Source: Antedon mediterranea
Lineage: Eukaryota; Animalia; Echinodermata
NCBI RefSeq assembly: GCF_964355755.1
Contig: NC_092672.1
Coordinates: 30,200,437 to 30,264,436 of the forward strand
DNA length: 64,000 nt
Direction: 5' to 3'
Shown here: positions 23,432 through 37,600 of the stretch, in pieces
Layout: each line of letters starts with the position of its first letter
Numbering within the stretch: the stretch's first letter is position 1
The notes under the pieces: generated by a model
Database searches by the model: none
Told to the model about the DNA's origin: nothing
What the model saw: only the letters and a program-made list of their open reading frames with translations
Program-made: the position numbers and the translations under genes

Positions 23432-23931
23432 ACTAACCCAAAAAAGTACACAGTACAGTGTACTGTGTACAGTGAAAAGTAAGAGCCTTTTGCGAATGTC
23501 TTTCTTCACAATCAGCAAATGTCTTTACGTGAATTTAGGATAAAGGTAGGAATTAGTAATGCTTATGTTGATTGAAAGAAAGTGAATAATTTTTTTTCTG
23601 TCTTGATCATATTTTAAGTGTAATACAATAAGGCCTTCATATTCTGTGTGCGGTTCCCATGACACTGCCAAGCCAAGCCTGTTCTTGGTGAATGGGATAA
23701 TCTGATAAGGTATATGCACACTTTACAAATTATTGTTAGTTGAGTGACGTTAAGCACAATAAATAGGGCTACAGTTGTACAATGCCTGTAGTTAAGTAAG
23801 CCTAGCTAGCATAGATGTATGATATATGCAGTAAAACTAAAGCGTAAGTACATTAATTAGGGCCTAGCTACTCAATTTTTAATAAGATATTTTTCCACAT
23901 GACTAAGCTTACTGATGTTAAAGACACTTAA

Positions 23932-25559
23932 AGGGGGATTCTGGGTTTAAAATTGCTTTTAAATATCGTTTATTTATTAAATAAAAAATATTATAACAAT
24001 ATAGACATGTCAGAATGAAGAAGTAATAACGAGAAATTAAAAAAATTAAATTTCATATACATTTTAGGGTAAATTCATGGAAAGTCTGTTTTTCAGCAGC
24101 TTAGGGAAGCTCATTAATATTCATGAGATATTCACAAAATGAAAAATCACGTCATCAGTGGATTCCAAACTCGCGACGTCAAGCTTGTACGTTGTTCTCT
24201 CTCCTCTGTCAAACGACGACCACCCGATCATTGTGAAATACATTTTTTGTAGATTTGCTAAGCTAGGTCTAAAGTGTAATAATAACAGTAGTAGCATATA
24301 TTTATTTGACATTTAATGAAATACAAAATTTAGTACAGATTACGGAGTCATAAATTATACTATTTTTATACCTCGAATTAATAGTACAGATCGTATATCG
24401 GCTTCACGTACTAGGCTAGGCCTAGCCTAAATCATTTTATTCATGCCGGGGTGAGAGCCATTTCTGACTAGGGATTCCATGCCACGATGGCTACGTTAAA
24501 ACATTGGGGCCATCATTCATGGGCCTAGCTAGCCTATTACTAAACGATTGGCCCATAAATAACAAAACTCAGTCACGATTCCAAACCCATCCTATCAACC
24601 AAACTCCTAAACAATCTAAACCTAAAACGTTCTACAAAAATCGGCTGTAAATATTGAGGCAAAACAAGGTCCGATCGCCGTCCGCACGTATGGTGTCCCG
24701 ATCGTCTAATATTTAATAAGTAGGCCTAGTTTACTCTCCAAAAAAGCGGATACTGCATCAAGCAAGTAGACCGGTAGTAGGAAGGAGACCTAGCCTAGCC
24801 TAGCCGATCCGGCCCAGTTAAAAATTGAGCTAGCTAGTGTAGTAGACCCTATGCGAATTGATACTACCAGGCCTTTTACTATAGGCTACACTTGTTAAAA
24901 TTAGCAATACTGCTGTACTTATGTTTACAACTCTCTCATTCGAGCTATATTATCTATACCATTCCGGTAGGTTGAGTCGACCTTCAATCAAATACTGTAC
25001 ATCGTTCATGTTGTGATTATAGACGGGGTATACTCGACCCGACCAGTTTGGTATTGTATACTGTATCTGCGTATCACGTGACGATGCCAGGCATGGGCAG
25101 AGAGAGCATGTGTAAAGTCGTCTCGCTCTCCTCGCTCAGCAGGAATGTATACGTTACGCTTCATTGATTTTGAAGGCTTTCCCTAAGTCAGTGCGAAAAT
25201 CGGCAAACGTAAAGTGCAAACTTATCTAATTTTTCACTGTTTTGATGGATTTTCATAGAAAATTGACTTTATAAATGGGAAGACCGACTAAAATTACATC
25301 AGATAAGTATAATTTTACAAAAGTAATTGATATGGTTAATGATAACGAGTCGTCGGAAGATTGACCATTTCACGAATTTCCTATTCTGTAACCACAGTGT
25401 GATTTTGCCGTAGCTGCACTTGTAATCTGGCCTCATTTCACAGCCTTTGTTCTGCTTCACTGGGCGCTTATATAAATTGAAACTTTTACCGTTCAAGAGA
25501 CAAACAAATATATTTTACATTTTTTAATACAGTATTCATTTTAAACCCGGAACCCCCCT
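23932..25559. mobile_element. 1.6-kb non-autonomous element with TTAA TSD (Kolobok-like)
   Basis: TTAA|AGGGGGATTCTGGGTTTAAAA ... TTTTAAACCCGGAACCCCCCT|TTAA. No long ORF. Confidence 0.8.
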
Positions 25560-26797
25560 TTAAGTGCAAAAGTAAATATTATAGCTTAATTCAGTAGGTA
25601 GGTTTCTTTTTTTTTTAAACCCATGGGACTTATTACTGTTTAATTCATATGAAAAAACAAGGGGATTTATTAATCCTAATTATTTATTTATGGTCACATT
25701 AATTTGTGCCCAACTTTTAACTCATTCCTAGGCCTACTCAAGAAATGTGTGTAAAAAATAATTTTAATGCAATTATAGTGTAGTAGAAATTAATTTTTAT
25801 TAAATTAAAAGTACAAAATTATTTTACCATGAGACACATTAAAAAATTTAAAATTTCCATTTAAAATTTAATTTTCTATACATGCTGTGCACTATTTTCT
25901 CCCATTGCACAGTCAGTATTGGTAGGCCTGAATATTGCGCTATGCCAGGGGCGGATCCAGGGAGCATACTTTGGTCATGACAGCTAAAATGAAATTATAT
26001 ATTATTATTATTTTTTTGTCTATTTTTAAAAATAAATTAAAAAAATAAATGGTATTATATATGGCCAAAATCTGGGTACTGTTGAATAGGTCGACCATTA
26101 TGTATAGATAAAATCAAGTTCATTTTCACAAATGATTTTAAGTTATATATTAATTAGTCTGAACTCGTTGAAAACAAACATGGTTAGACATTTTCATACA
26201 CTTTAAAAGAGGAAATTTGTGGCCTAGGCCTATTGCATAAATTGGTATGATTGCTATTTGATAGTATGTTATATTATATTATATTATAAAATCAAAATAG
26301 AATATGCTTCTTTTACAAATGATTTATTTTGTTACCCATCATTGTGACTCAATAATATATTTATTACAGTATTTACATTTAGTGATACATACAAGGCTAT
26401 AGCGAGAGGTTAAAAACAGACGAGACAAAGATGCTTTAAATAAATATAATAATAAATAAAATTATTAATATAAAATATGACGATAATTGTAATGTAAGCA
26501 ATTTTTTTCAATGGAGGAAAAATGGCTATCTTTGAAACTTTGAGGAGACCATTAGGCTCTGTCTACACTATTAAACTAATTTGACAAAAAAAGTGTGATG
26601 TACCCAAATATGGTAGTGATATCCCCAAATATAGTAATAATATGACATCATCATGTCCATATATGGGAAACATCACATTTTTTTGTCATATAAAATTTGA
26701 TAGTGTAGACAGGAACTTTAGGAACTCTCTCTTATTTTTATAAATCAAGGTCTGGGTATTAAAATAAAGTAACAATTAAAATAGTAATAATAACATA

Positions 26798-28394
26798 AAC
26801 TAGACATGAAACTCGTCACTTTGACGAGTTAGTTATCCGCTCGACAAACGCCATGTGCACGTCATACGTTAGAATATTGCACACAGAAAAATATTAAGGC
26901 ATTATGACCTGAACTGAAGAATATGATATGTTGTTATTTCTGAATTCTGTTATTTTGTGTCATATACATAGTATACACAGTACAATCTGTATACATATCA
27001 CAAACAGTGTAAAATAGGTGAAATTACGGGACCCGTATTTTATTGTAATTTTTAACATCTTGACGGTTTCAAAATGAAATGCAAAAGTAGAAATTTCAGA
27101 ATGAAATTATCTCAGCAACAACATATTAACGTGTAGAAGAAATTTGAATACGTGAAATATTGATGCGCGCTCTTTTAAATGTAATGAAATATAACGCAAA
27201 AGATGAAAATACGACTTTTTGTATTTAACTGGCCATATGATGACGTCACAACATTCGATTGGAGCAATTTTCACATGATTTTGTATCTACAATACAATAG
27301 CTTCCTGAAAACGTTTTAATCGTGATTATCACATTTTATTCTTACGAGCTATAACAGATTAAAATTTACTGTAAAGATGAAATTAATGACCAACGTAATT
27401 TAAATTTTTAGGCATGATGACGTTAAAAAAATTAAAAAATTTTTAATTCATGCAAAAGATAGTTGATTGACCTAGAATATATTAAAATCGGGGTGAAAAT
27501 GGACAACGAATAAATGGAGATGCGCTCTATTAAATGTGATGAACTATGACGAAAGAGACAAAAATCCTATATTTTATATTTGCGTGGCCATACGATGACG
27601 TTACAATGTCCGGTTAGCCATATTAATGCATGATTCGATATCTACAACTCATCAACTTCCAGAATATGTAATTAAAAAAAAGTTCTCCATGTAGTTTAGA
27701 ATCTATGACTGTTTAAAAATAGGCATAATTTTGACGAATTTTTGAACTTTTTCACCAGAAACGCGTGCAAATTATTTAATTCGACGTGCTCGTATGACGT
27801 AATTTTAAGTCGAAATTGTTTAAAAGTTGGTAACATTACTATAAAAGGCTGAAAAAACATAAATCACGCGAAAAAAATATGTTTTTAACGCTACGTGTGC
27901 ACCGCGTGCGTAAAAAGTTTCGCGCGCGTGGGAATTTTTGACATGCTCAAAATGACATGAAACGCATAGAAAGTTGATTAGAAGTTGATTTTTCGCACTC
28001 TAAAATTTTAAACGCGCGTGCGCGCGTAACTTTTTGTGAAAAATGCTATTTTTAATCCATAGAAAGTTTGCGCTTGATGTGACTTAAATTTTCACAAAGT
28101 GTCAAAACAAAATTATGTTTGGTTTTTAGTCTATGATCAATCATTGAAATTCATAAAATCGCGCGTAAGTCACGTTGCGCAACTCTGACGTCATTCAAAA
28201 ATAGGAGGTGCACAAGTTCACGTAAATGTCGATATGTTGACAAAGTTACGATATGTTCTGTTTACACGTTTCAGAGAAACGCGACGCACAAAAATGACAG
28301 AAGGAAAGAAGTATAATACAGAAAAAAAAAAAAAAAAAAATATGATGAAACAGGACGATTACAAGGAGTTATCCGCTACTAAGCGGATAACTAA
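26798..28394 (+). mobile_element. Helentron-associated/DINE-1-like non-autonomous element
   Basis: 5' hairpin AACTCGTCA-CTT-TGACGAGTT followed by AGTTATCCGCT. 3' hairpin AGTTATCCGCT-ACTA-AGCGGATAACT followed by an A-run. No TSD. Internal duplication (~27160-27300 vs ~27515-27660). Confidence 0.65.
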
Positions 28395-29587
28395 AAAATA
28401 CAATTTTTAAAATATGTAAAAAATACACTGTGATCGAGTCAAGTTAAATGCAAAACACCTATTTTTAAATGGCTTTTATATGGTTAGTTATCATTTTTGT
28501 ATTTATTTATCTGTTAACCATCCAGCTTTGAATCAGTGGCACTCACAATATTCAGTGCAGTCCAAGAAACAACACTATTGAAGAAAAGGACATGAATAAC
28601 TAAATTAAAAACTATTTAAATGCAGTAATATTATATAAAAATGGCAGATAGTAAAAAATAGAAAAATATCTGAATCCTGTTGCATAAATTGTTATTTTGC
28701 TGGTATGATTATATTGTACTTTAAATAGTTATCTGTTTTTTTAGTACAAACCCCTGCTGTGAATTTTTATAAAATATTGATTAGCATTGATAGCCTATTG
28801 TAGTGGTGTGATAATCCATAAAACGAATATATTACACATACTACGTTTATACCCACACCCAAGGATCACGACGACAAGTGTACAATATTGAAAAATATTT
28901 TTATTTCATTTCAGTTTTATCAGTTGATTAAATTAATATCCAGAGAGTTTGAGCAGTATTGATTAATGTGATAATGCTGTATGCTCTATTTGCAGTTTGA
29001 CTTCAAGATTATCACGTTTTTTGTGTGTGTGGAATAGATATTGATTGTTGTATATACACATGTGTGGTCAGTTGGTAACGCTGTTCGTTTGTCTGCCTTG
29101 TGGAGAGATGTTTAGTGAAAAGGTACTTGTTGGACACTAGCATCAAGGTAAAGTGTTAGATAAACATATTGTAGATCATGTAAAGACAGCACAATGCTTT
29201 ATAAGTTGATTAATTAATGAAAAAGTGTAATACTGTAGTATGCAATCTGGAGGAAAGTTATAATTAACTGACTTTAACTGTAATGCATTGCGGCAAATAC
29301 AAAGAAAGTCATTTAAAACTAACAGTATGTTCCATGAACTGTACAGTAGGCCAGGAGTACAGCAAATTTAAAATAATTTTCATATTAATTTCTATAAAAA
29401 GTTGATTTTTTAAATTATTATTAGAGATGACGCCATGTTTATGTTTTTTTATGAAATCTGTTTTGCTTTTATTTCACCCAAAATATTGTAAAAGATAGAA
29501 AATTGGCCCGTTAAAATGATTTGCATTTTAATATCTTTATGCTCTCCACCCCCTACTGTAATATTTAATTATTCTTTTACAGGCAAA

Positions 29588-31480
29588 ATGGCAGCTGCAG
29601 TTGTAAAAAGGTCAATGACCTCTCAGCGAAGCTATCACAAGTCACAAGCGCCACCACCGAGCAAAAGTTTCCAAAATGTTGAGCACAGCCATGACTTACT
29701 GAAGCAGTTGAATTCACTGCGTATCGAACGTCTTCTTTGTGACGGAACATTGATCGCCGGAGAGCAACATTTTATGGTTCACCGTGCCGTATTAGCGTCT
29801 TGTAGCGATTACTTTCGCAGAGTGTTCACTGAAAACGACAACATTCATGATGTGCAACTCAGCAACTCCATTAACCCTCGCGGTGTTGAACTCATCATTC
29901 AATATGCGTATACTTCACAGATTATGTTAACATTAGAAAACGTAGAGGGAGTGCTTTACACAGCTTTACAACTCCGAATGAACAAAGTCGTTGAACTGTG
30001 TTTGGAATATTTAACGTCCATTTTAACTGTTGAAAACTGTATTCATATTTTGAATCTTGCGGAACAGTTTGAATTTCGTGGATTAATGTTAGTCACGCAA
30101 GATTTTATAATTGATAATTTCATTGCGGTCAGTCATACACCGGAGTTTCAAACATTAAACGCAGAACAAGTGACGTTTTTCTTAAGCCAAGATCGAATGG
30201 CGACAAACTCGGAATTACAACTCTTTCAAATCGGTGCCAAGTGGTTGAATCACGAGTCGGAGGAAAGAAAGGAATACGCGGCGCAGTTAATGAGGAACAT
30301 TCGCTTTCCGTTGATCTCATCAAATGATTTGGTTGATCACGTTCAGAATCAAGAGTTTATGATGCAGCAACAGGAATGTCACCAATATCTTTTGGAAGCA
30401 TTGAATTATCATCTTGTACCACATCGACAGCATGCTATGCAATCGCCTCGCACAAAGCTACGCTCAACAAATGAGGTAATACTCGCGCTTGGTGGCGAGT
30501 CACCTCCTAAGCGCGTCAGTGACAGGGTGATGATATTTGACGAGTTTCACGCTCAATGGAAATCGTTGACATCAATGCCAATGAAACGAGTCGATCACTG
30601 TGTTGCAGAGTTGAATCAATATTTATACGTTGTTGGCGGACAAATTACTTTGAATTCAAACGGTAAAGACAGCATTGGTACTGTGCATCGTTACGACCCA
30701 CGCTTTAACACTTGGCTTCAGATGTGTCCTATGCAACAGAGACGGGCATTTTTTACGTTAGTAGCATACCACGGATGTTTGTACGCAATGGGAGGTAAGA
30801 ACGAACAAGGTGCCCTTTCCTCCGTAGAATGCTACGAGCCAAATCGCAACCAATGGAAATTTGTTGCTCGGATGCACACAGGAGCGTACGCCCTCTCTGG
30901 TTGTGTCCTACAAAATAAACTGTATATTACTGGTGGTTTTATGAATAGAAATTTTAGTGCGGAAGTTTACATATATAATCACGTATCAGATGAATGGACC
31001 AATAAATGCCCAATGAACGTGGCTCGCGGTTTCCATATGATGTGTACAGTGAAAAACAAACTTTACGTCATGGGTGGGAACCACTTAAATGTGTACGGTG
31101 ACCGTGTAGATGTTATGAGCGTGGAATGTTACTCAATGGAGTCAGACACATGGACTATGGTCTCGCCAATGTTGACCGGTCTTAGTATGGCTGGAGTGAC
31201 CGTTACAGAAAACCGAAAGATTTATATTGTTGGTGGTTATAACGGGCTAAGCCGGCAACGAGAACGTGACGTGCATAGTTACAGTATCGATGAAGACGAA
31301 TGGGATGTGGTTGGAGAGCTGCCCGATGCAGCGTTACGCATGGCTTGTTGCACTTTGACCCTACCATATAATGTTTTCACAGCAGCTGATGGCCATTCCT
31401 CAGACTCGTTATCAATGTCGCAGCCGACAACTTCATCAAGTCGTCATTATTCAATTTCTTCCTCCAATTCTCCGAGGTAG
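29588..31480 (+). CDS. Kelch-like BTB-BACK-Kelch protein (Cullin3 adaptor), KLHL14-like (KLHL9/13/14 group), single coding exon
   Basis: BTB (HRAVLASCSDYFR), BACK (LMRNIRFPLI) and six kelch repeats (LYVVGG..HRYDPRFNTW; GGNHL..DVMSVECY). An acceptor (ttttacag, 29582) lies just before the ATG. A probable 5' UTR exon ends at ~29147 (caag|gtaaag). Confidence 0.93.
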   Translation: MAAAVVKRSMTSQRSYHKSQAPPPSKSFQNVEHSHDLLKQLNSLRIERLLCDGTLIAGEQHFMVHRAVLASCSDYFRRVFTENDNIHDVQLSNSINPRGVELIIQYAYTSQIMLTLENVEGVLYTALQLRMNKVVELCLEYLTSILTVENCIHILNLAEQFEFRGLMLVTQDFIIDNFIAVSHTPEFQTLNAEQVTFFLSQDRMATNSELQLFQIGAKWLNHESEERKEYAAQLMRNIRFPLISSNDLVDHVQNQEFMMQQQECHQYLLEALNYHLVPHRQHAMQSPRTKLRSTNEVILALGGESPPKRVSDRVMIFDEFHAQWKSLTSMPMKRVDHCVAELNQYLYVVGGQITLNSNGKDSIGTVHRYDPRFNTWLQMCPMQQRRAFFTLVAYHGCLYAMGGKNEQGALSSVECYEPNRNQWKFVARMHTGAYALSGCVLQNKLYITGGFMNRNFSAEVYIYNHVSDEWTNKCPMNVARGFHMMCTVKNKLYVMGGNHLNVYGDRVDVMSVECYSMESDTWTMVSPMLTGLSMAGVTVTENRKIYIVGGYNGLSRQRERDVHSYSIDEDEWDVVGELPDAALRMACCTLTLPYNVFTAADGHSSDSLSMSQPTTSSSRHYSISSSNSPR

Positions 31481-31843
31481 AAAATACCAATTGTCCAAAT
31501 TAATTTAGTCTCTAATCTCTTATTTATGATACTTTTATTTTTGAGTGTTATTTTTTACGTTATATAATTTACAGTAATAATATCAGGGAACAGTATATAA
31601 AGTTCTGTCTACACTATAAAACTTTCTGTGATAAAGTGATGTGCCCATATATGGACATGATGATGTCATATCACTTCTTTTTTGTCAAACTAGTTTGATA
31701 GTGTAGTCAGAGCTTAACAGCAAAATGTTACACAATATCACCTTATTACTACACATTCATCAAATGGTACAAAAATCCAAAAATGCAATACAAAACTATG
31801 TTTTTCATACTCCAAATTAAGATTGATCAGCAATTATGACTAA

Positions 31844-31985
31844 AGCTCTGTCTACACTATCAAGAAAGTGTGATGTGCCAAAATATGGTAATTATATGCC
31901 CAAATATGGTAGTGGTATGACATCACCATGTCCATATATGGGCACATCACTTTATCACATAAAGTTTTATAGTGTAGACAGAGCT
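31844..31985. mobile_element. Harbinger-like MITE copy downstream of the kelch gene
   Basis: AGCTCTGTCTACACTAT...ATAGTGTAGACAGAGCT. A second copy lies at 31601-31714. Confidence 0.8.
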
Positions 31986-34389
31986 TTAAATTATGTAGTG
32001 AAAATATGTTCCCAGTCAGTATGCTGTGAATTGTATAATTGTGAGAAAAAGAATTCATGTTATTATTATTAGAAATGTGAAAATTACTTAAATTACTCTC
32101 AAACTCAAGGATTTTGACTTAACAAAGTTACTTAAAATGTCAAAGAACATTATCATGTATACAATAGCTACTATATAAGCCATAATTTAAAGATTCAAAT
32201 AGACTCAAACAACATTCTCCACGACTATTTAAAAATGACTTAAAATGTCTAAGGAATTTCAACATCATTATAGCTATTTGGAAGCCATAATAGATCCAAC
32301 AACATGTTGTCAATATTTACAAAATATATTCATTATTTTTATAAATAGAGAGATAAATCATAGAGATATAGTGGATAAATTGATTTTATAACATACTATT
32401 AAAAATGTATTCTTACCAAAATATGATAATAATTTACTCATTTTCTATACTTTTTGTTGTTGTATAATAATAAATATAAAATGTATTTATTAGTGGAATA
32501 ATATATACCTTTGATAGGTTCAGTTAAGTATTTGCAGGTCAAAATTATGACGTGATTCAAAATTTGTAATTAATTATTTTGGTGTTTATTCCTGTACACT
32601 GTACAAGAATTGTTATTATTATTATTACTGTAATGCTATTATGTTTCTTTGCATTACCAACTAATTATAATGATGACACTTTGGGTGATCTATCTCCTCC
32701 TTAGGGTATATTATAAAATACTGTTATACAATTCTGTACTACCATTGAAGGAGTAATTGCTTTATTTATTATCAGAATTGGTGAATTAATTTATCTGCAA
32801 ATTGTGTTAACCAATACCTCTATGGTATTGCAAACTTTCTTAGTGTGGTCATTCTGTCTTTGTATAAACATTTATTGTACAAATAATAAAAACTTAATAG
32901 TCAAGATTTTAAATTTTATTCAAATATGAACAAGTTTCTCAACCAATTGCAAGTTAATGAACAAGTCTAAATATGTTTTTGTGATTAGTACTTAATTAAC
33001 CATTATTAATAAGTAAAAAATTAAGAACAAAAGAAATGAACAAAATTAATTAACAAATGCAATGTAAACTATTTTGTACACACATGATTATTGTATAATG
33101 ACTGGGATAGTCCAGAAAGGGTATGAATTCTTCAAAGCTCTGTCTACACTATCAAACTAGTTTGATATGCCCAAATATGTTAGAGATATAACCATGTCCA
33201 TATATGGGCACATCACATATTTGTCACAAAGTTTGATAGTGTAAACAGAGCTTTAGGTGTCTCCTAAATAGGGGTTGGCAGTAGGTTATTGCCCGTTCGT
33301 TTCGTGGAAAAATGTTCCCTTAATAGAGGTTCTATTGTACTGGATAAATTGAACATTTGTTTTACTAAAACTAAATAAACAGTATTTATTTAGGCTTAAT
33401 ATGGACACAAGATTTTGAAAATCCTTTGTTATGTTTTACAAAAAAATTGTGATGTGCCCAAATATGGTAGTGATATGACATCATCATGCCCATATATGGG
33501 CACATCACATTTTGTTGTCACATAAGGCCTAAAGTTTGAAAGTGTAGACAGAGCTTTATATTAGGGAACACCTAACGCCGAACGTATCCTCTTATAGGGG
33601 TCCTACTGCGAATGTGTACAAAATTGGTAGGCCCTACCTTTAATCTGTTTTTTTATAATTCAGTATAATGTACCATTTATCTTTGTTTAAATCAAATTAT
33701 ATTTAATTACTGTATTAACACTTGGCCGAAAAAATTGCTTGTTTATAGAGAAATGGTTATTATTTGGTGCTGGTTGTTATTCTATAAATATGTATTAACT
33801 GTCAAATATTATTACATGTGTTTCAACAAAATAAATGAAACATATTTATGAGACGGTTTTTGTTTAATTTCTAATCCAGTATTTCAATCCATGACGTCAG
33901 TAGACGATTTACAGAAAGACCGTCACCCCTCAGGAGAGACGCACCTATATGTTAAAGGGTTCACTTCCCCGTGAAACAACGAAAAGAAATATTTTGATAA
34001 TGTCGCCATACTAACGGTAGTCCCTCTACTTATTGGGGTCCGAAATGTGCTACCCACACCCTTAATTTCTGTACTGTTTATAGGCCTTTAGTTAGTATTG
34101 TATAATTGTCAATTTTCGTTACTTTAGATTTAGGTAAATAAACAAATGTTGTTGAACTATGGGAATGGCATAAATTTCCAAACAAAATATTATTACATAC
34201 TATTATTAGTAGTAGTGAATACAAAATTGCCCCACGTAAGAATAATGACGCATGTAAAGAGGAACATTCTTTATTCAATTTTCGTTTGAATGAAACAATG
34301 TTGTAGATTAGATACAGTAACGTTGAAATACAAAACAATACGTATACATACACATTACATACAAAGTTGTTTCATCGTATTTGTAGTGT

Positions 34390-34637
34390 ACAAATCTAGT
34401 CATCAGGTGCTACTGGACATTCCGAGGAGCAAACATAGTTGGGGAGATCGGACTTTCAGTGTTGCTGGACCTAGGCTCTGGAAGAACCACCTGCCCTTGA
34501 ACATTAAACACAAACATTATTGAGTCACTTTAAATCTACTCAAAACTCACCGGGCCTTTTCTGATTTTTTCTACAGCGCCATGAGCAATGAATGTTGGAA
34601 TGGTGCTATATAAATCGAACGATTGATTGATTGATTG
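34390..34637 (+). mobile_element. 3' end of an L2/CR1-group LINE
   Basis: LLDIPRSKHSWGDRTFSVAGPRLW..LP, then a CAGCGCCAT...TGGTGCT stem and a (GATT)n tail. Confidence 0.8.
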
Positions 34638-37600
34638 TACAAACCTATGATGGTTATAGGCTAAAGTTAACTTTGCAGATAACTGAAATAAGAACCAAAC
34701 ATCTATCGATTAATCAATATTATTAACAAGAATGTTTTTTGTTTGTTTTTTTTTGTTTACCGTATAGGCATAATACATGTGACGAGGCAAGAGCTATTGA
34801 TGGGGTATTTTTTCTTTCCCCCATGTACGTCCGCCTCCCCCCCCCCCCCATTTAAAAAGCTTCAAATTTAGAACTCGGCCTACTTAAATTATTAAATCAA
34901 TACAATCTAAACATTATTCTTTCTTTATTCTTTTTTTTTTTTTTAGTGCGTCTGGTTTTAGAATAAGAGTTTTGAATAGTGAAAATGATCTTGTTGGTGT
35001 ACAAGGAACTATCAGTTATGGTCTTCCAATCTCTTCACTAAATGGGAGAAAATCCTATTTTAGTGTGATTTTCCGTTTAGTATTGTTTGTTGTATATATG
35101 GAATTTGTATTTTGAATTAAGTGATTAATTAATTAATACAAACAATAAGCACAGCTAATCAATGTAAAAAAATTTGGCATCATACATAATTAATCCGAAA
35201 TAAAATGCCGATGATTTTGTAAAAGAAACGAATTGAAGAAAAGGTATTGAGTGTGTTAATGTTGCGCTACTCAGGAACAACATGTCATTGATAATGATCA
35301 AGAAGAATATTTAAAACTGAAATGCAATTCTTGATGACAAGCCTATGTACAACAACTCTACTATTATATTATTATGCCTGCGGGACAAAGTACACGCACA
35401 TGTTAGTCCTTTTCTTGTAATACTGTTTTAAAATATATGTTCTTTTCGCCACACCAGTTATTGATTTTTCTGCAACTTTGTATTTTGCTTCTATTATATT
35501 TAATCAGCTCACGATGTATTTTTATTTTCTTTGCTGGGATCATCCAATGAAATACTTATTCTACCGTTGCCGTTGTCATGGATACCTATTATTGTTCAAA
35601 TATATGGTCATATAATATTATGACGTAATTTCGCCGGTAATACATAGTATACGTTTTTAAGAAACAGGTTGAAAGATTAATTTTAGAGCCGGGCGGCCAT
35701 AAACAGTCATAAACATATCAATTTATTTCCACAATATAACATATAATATACAAAAAAATAATGATAAACTAGTTATAAATAAAATTGCATATATATACAA
35801 TGAAAATTAGTTCAGTCATGGTTGGGATGGGGGGGATCATAGACCTAAGTCAGAAAGAATTTAAGTTCGACATTAAATTATTATATAACATTAAATAAGA
35901 AAGAAAAAAAATACATAAACTAATAATATATAAAAGAAAGCAAAGCAATAATTTCTATTTAATAACTTTATCCATGGCAGATACAGGATGTTGAGATTTA
36001 TTCTAATTTAAGCCCATTTCATTTGGATCCTAATGTTATAGGAGAGAATATGTAAAGTCTTAACATGCAAATGAGTAGGCCTAGTGTAAAAAAGACTTAT
36101 TTTCTAGTATTATATACTCTACAACATTCATATTCATATTCATTTATTATCCAGAAAAAATAAAAACAAAATACAAAAAGCAAAACAAACAAAAACAAGC
36201 ATAGAAAAACGCAGGACACTATCCTGGCGGATTGTCAAAAAGCAAAAAAAATCGATAAAATGTACTCCTTTAATGAGTACATGCGAAAATCTACCTATGG
36301 TTTCATCCAACGTATGTTGAACAGTGTTAATATCCTTGTTGCTTGTGTTTGCAAACATATATGCTCCATAACTCCAAAATGTATTGTAAATAGAGAAGCA
36401 TTCTATACTTAAGTTTAGAGTTTACGATTGTTCTTTTTCTGTTTATAAGTTTATTAATATGGATGATATTTCGGAAATAAAAAGAAATTTAATTAAATTT
36501 AATTGAATTACACTGTTTCAGGCAAACAAGGTTTGTATCCACTGGGTTAGTGTTATAGTGCTATGTCACGGTTTTCGTCTATAATTAGACAGACGATACA
36601 AAGGCGCGATAAGGGCGGACAGGTCAAAGCGAAATTCTATACGCTAATTTCCATTATCATTAAATCGCATTAAACGAAGATCGGAATAAAATTCTCATTG
36701 TTATCGTTGCCGAAGGATCGATAATTGCTTGTTATTATTTAGCTGATATTATCGATCTGTATAGATATTGGAGAAGTGCGTGTTTTAGCGAAACAGATAG
36801 AGGGCGTGCACCATGCATGTCACGATCAGGACGATCAAGAAAAAAGCATGATGTCGCTCAAAGAAGGAAATTTGATTACGACTATTTAACATTCTAGCTA
36901 AGAAAAATTTAAATAAAAAATTAAAGAAAAACAACCGACAGCAAACCGAAAAAAACTTTTTAGCTGAAACGAATATTAAAAGATAGGCCTAATGTTATCA
37001 ACTTTACAAGAAATTTAAAAATATATTCAAAACAATATTAATTTTAACTTATAACATTATTGATATTGTTTAAATGAATTATTATCCAACGACTCGTCGG
37101 ATTTTGCTGGTTGTTGTCGATAGGATTTATACAGATTTTCTGTTTAATTTTATTAAATTTTCAATTTAAAAAATGAACATTTCACACAGCTAATGACGTA
37201 ATAATACGAAAATATTTTCTATAATCTTTTAACCTCAGAATGTGTAATATCATTTAAATATCCATTGTGCAATAAAAGTGGGCTGTCCCAACAAAAGAGA
37301 AAACAATTGTTGTGTTTTCGCTTGCGCCATGTCTATATGCCAAAAAATTAATAAAAATGCATCAATTTCGACCTACATAAAAGTCTCGTCTGGGTTTTTC
37401 AAATTTGTAACACCGTAGAAAATTATTCGCTGAGAATTCTAAATGACATGGCGCATGACCTTAACATCATACTATCTGTCAATATACCATTGCTTTATAA
37501 CGAGAAAGTAATTGGTTAGGTTTAGCCGGTTTGTGGCCGCTTTTAAAACGATACCAACAACTCCCTGGCCACACGTGAAGGAATGTTTACTGAAGAATTT

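Noticed and set aside
29516-29587. N-terminal MICILISLCS.. extension of the kelch ORF
   Set aside because: It reads through an intron's polypyrimidine tract and AG acceptor at 29582.
35700-36430. Possible minus-strand LINE relic
   Set aside because: The composition is suggestive, but I could not recognise a diagnostic motif.
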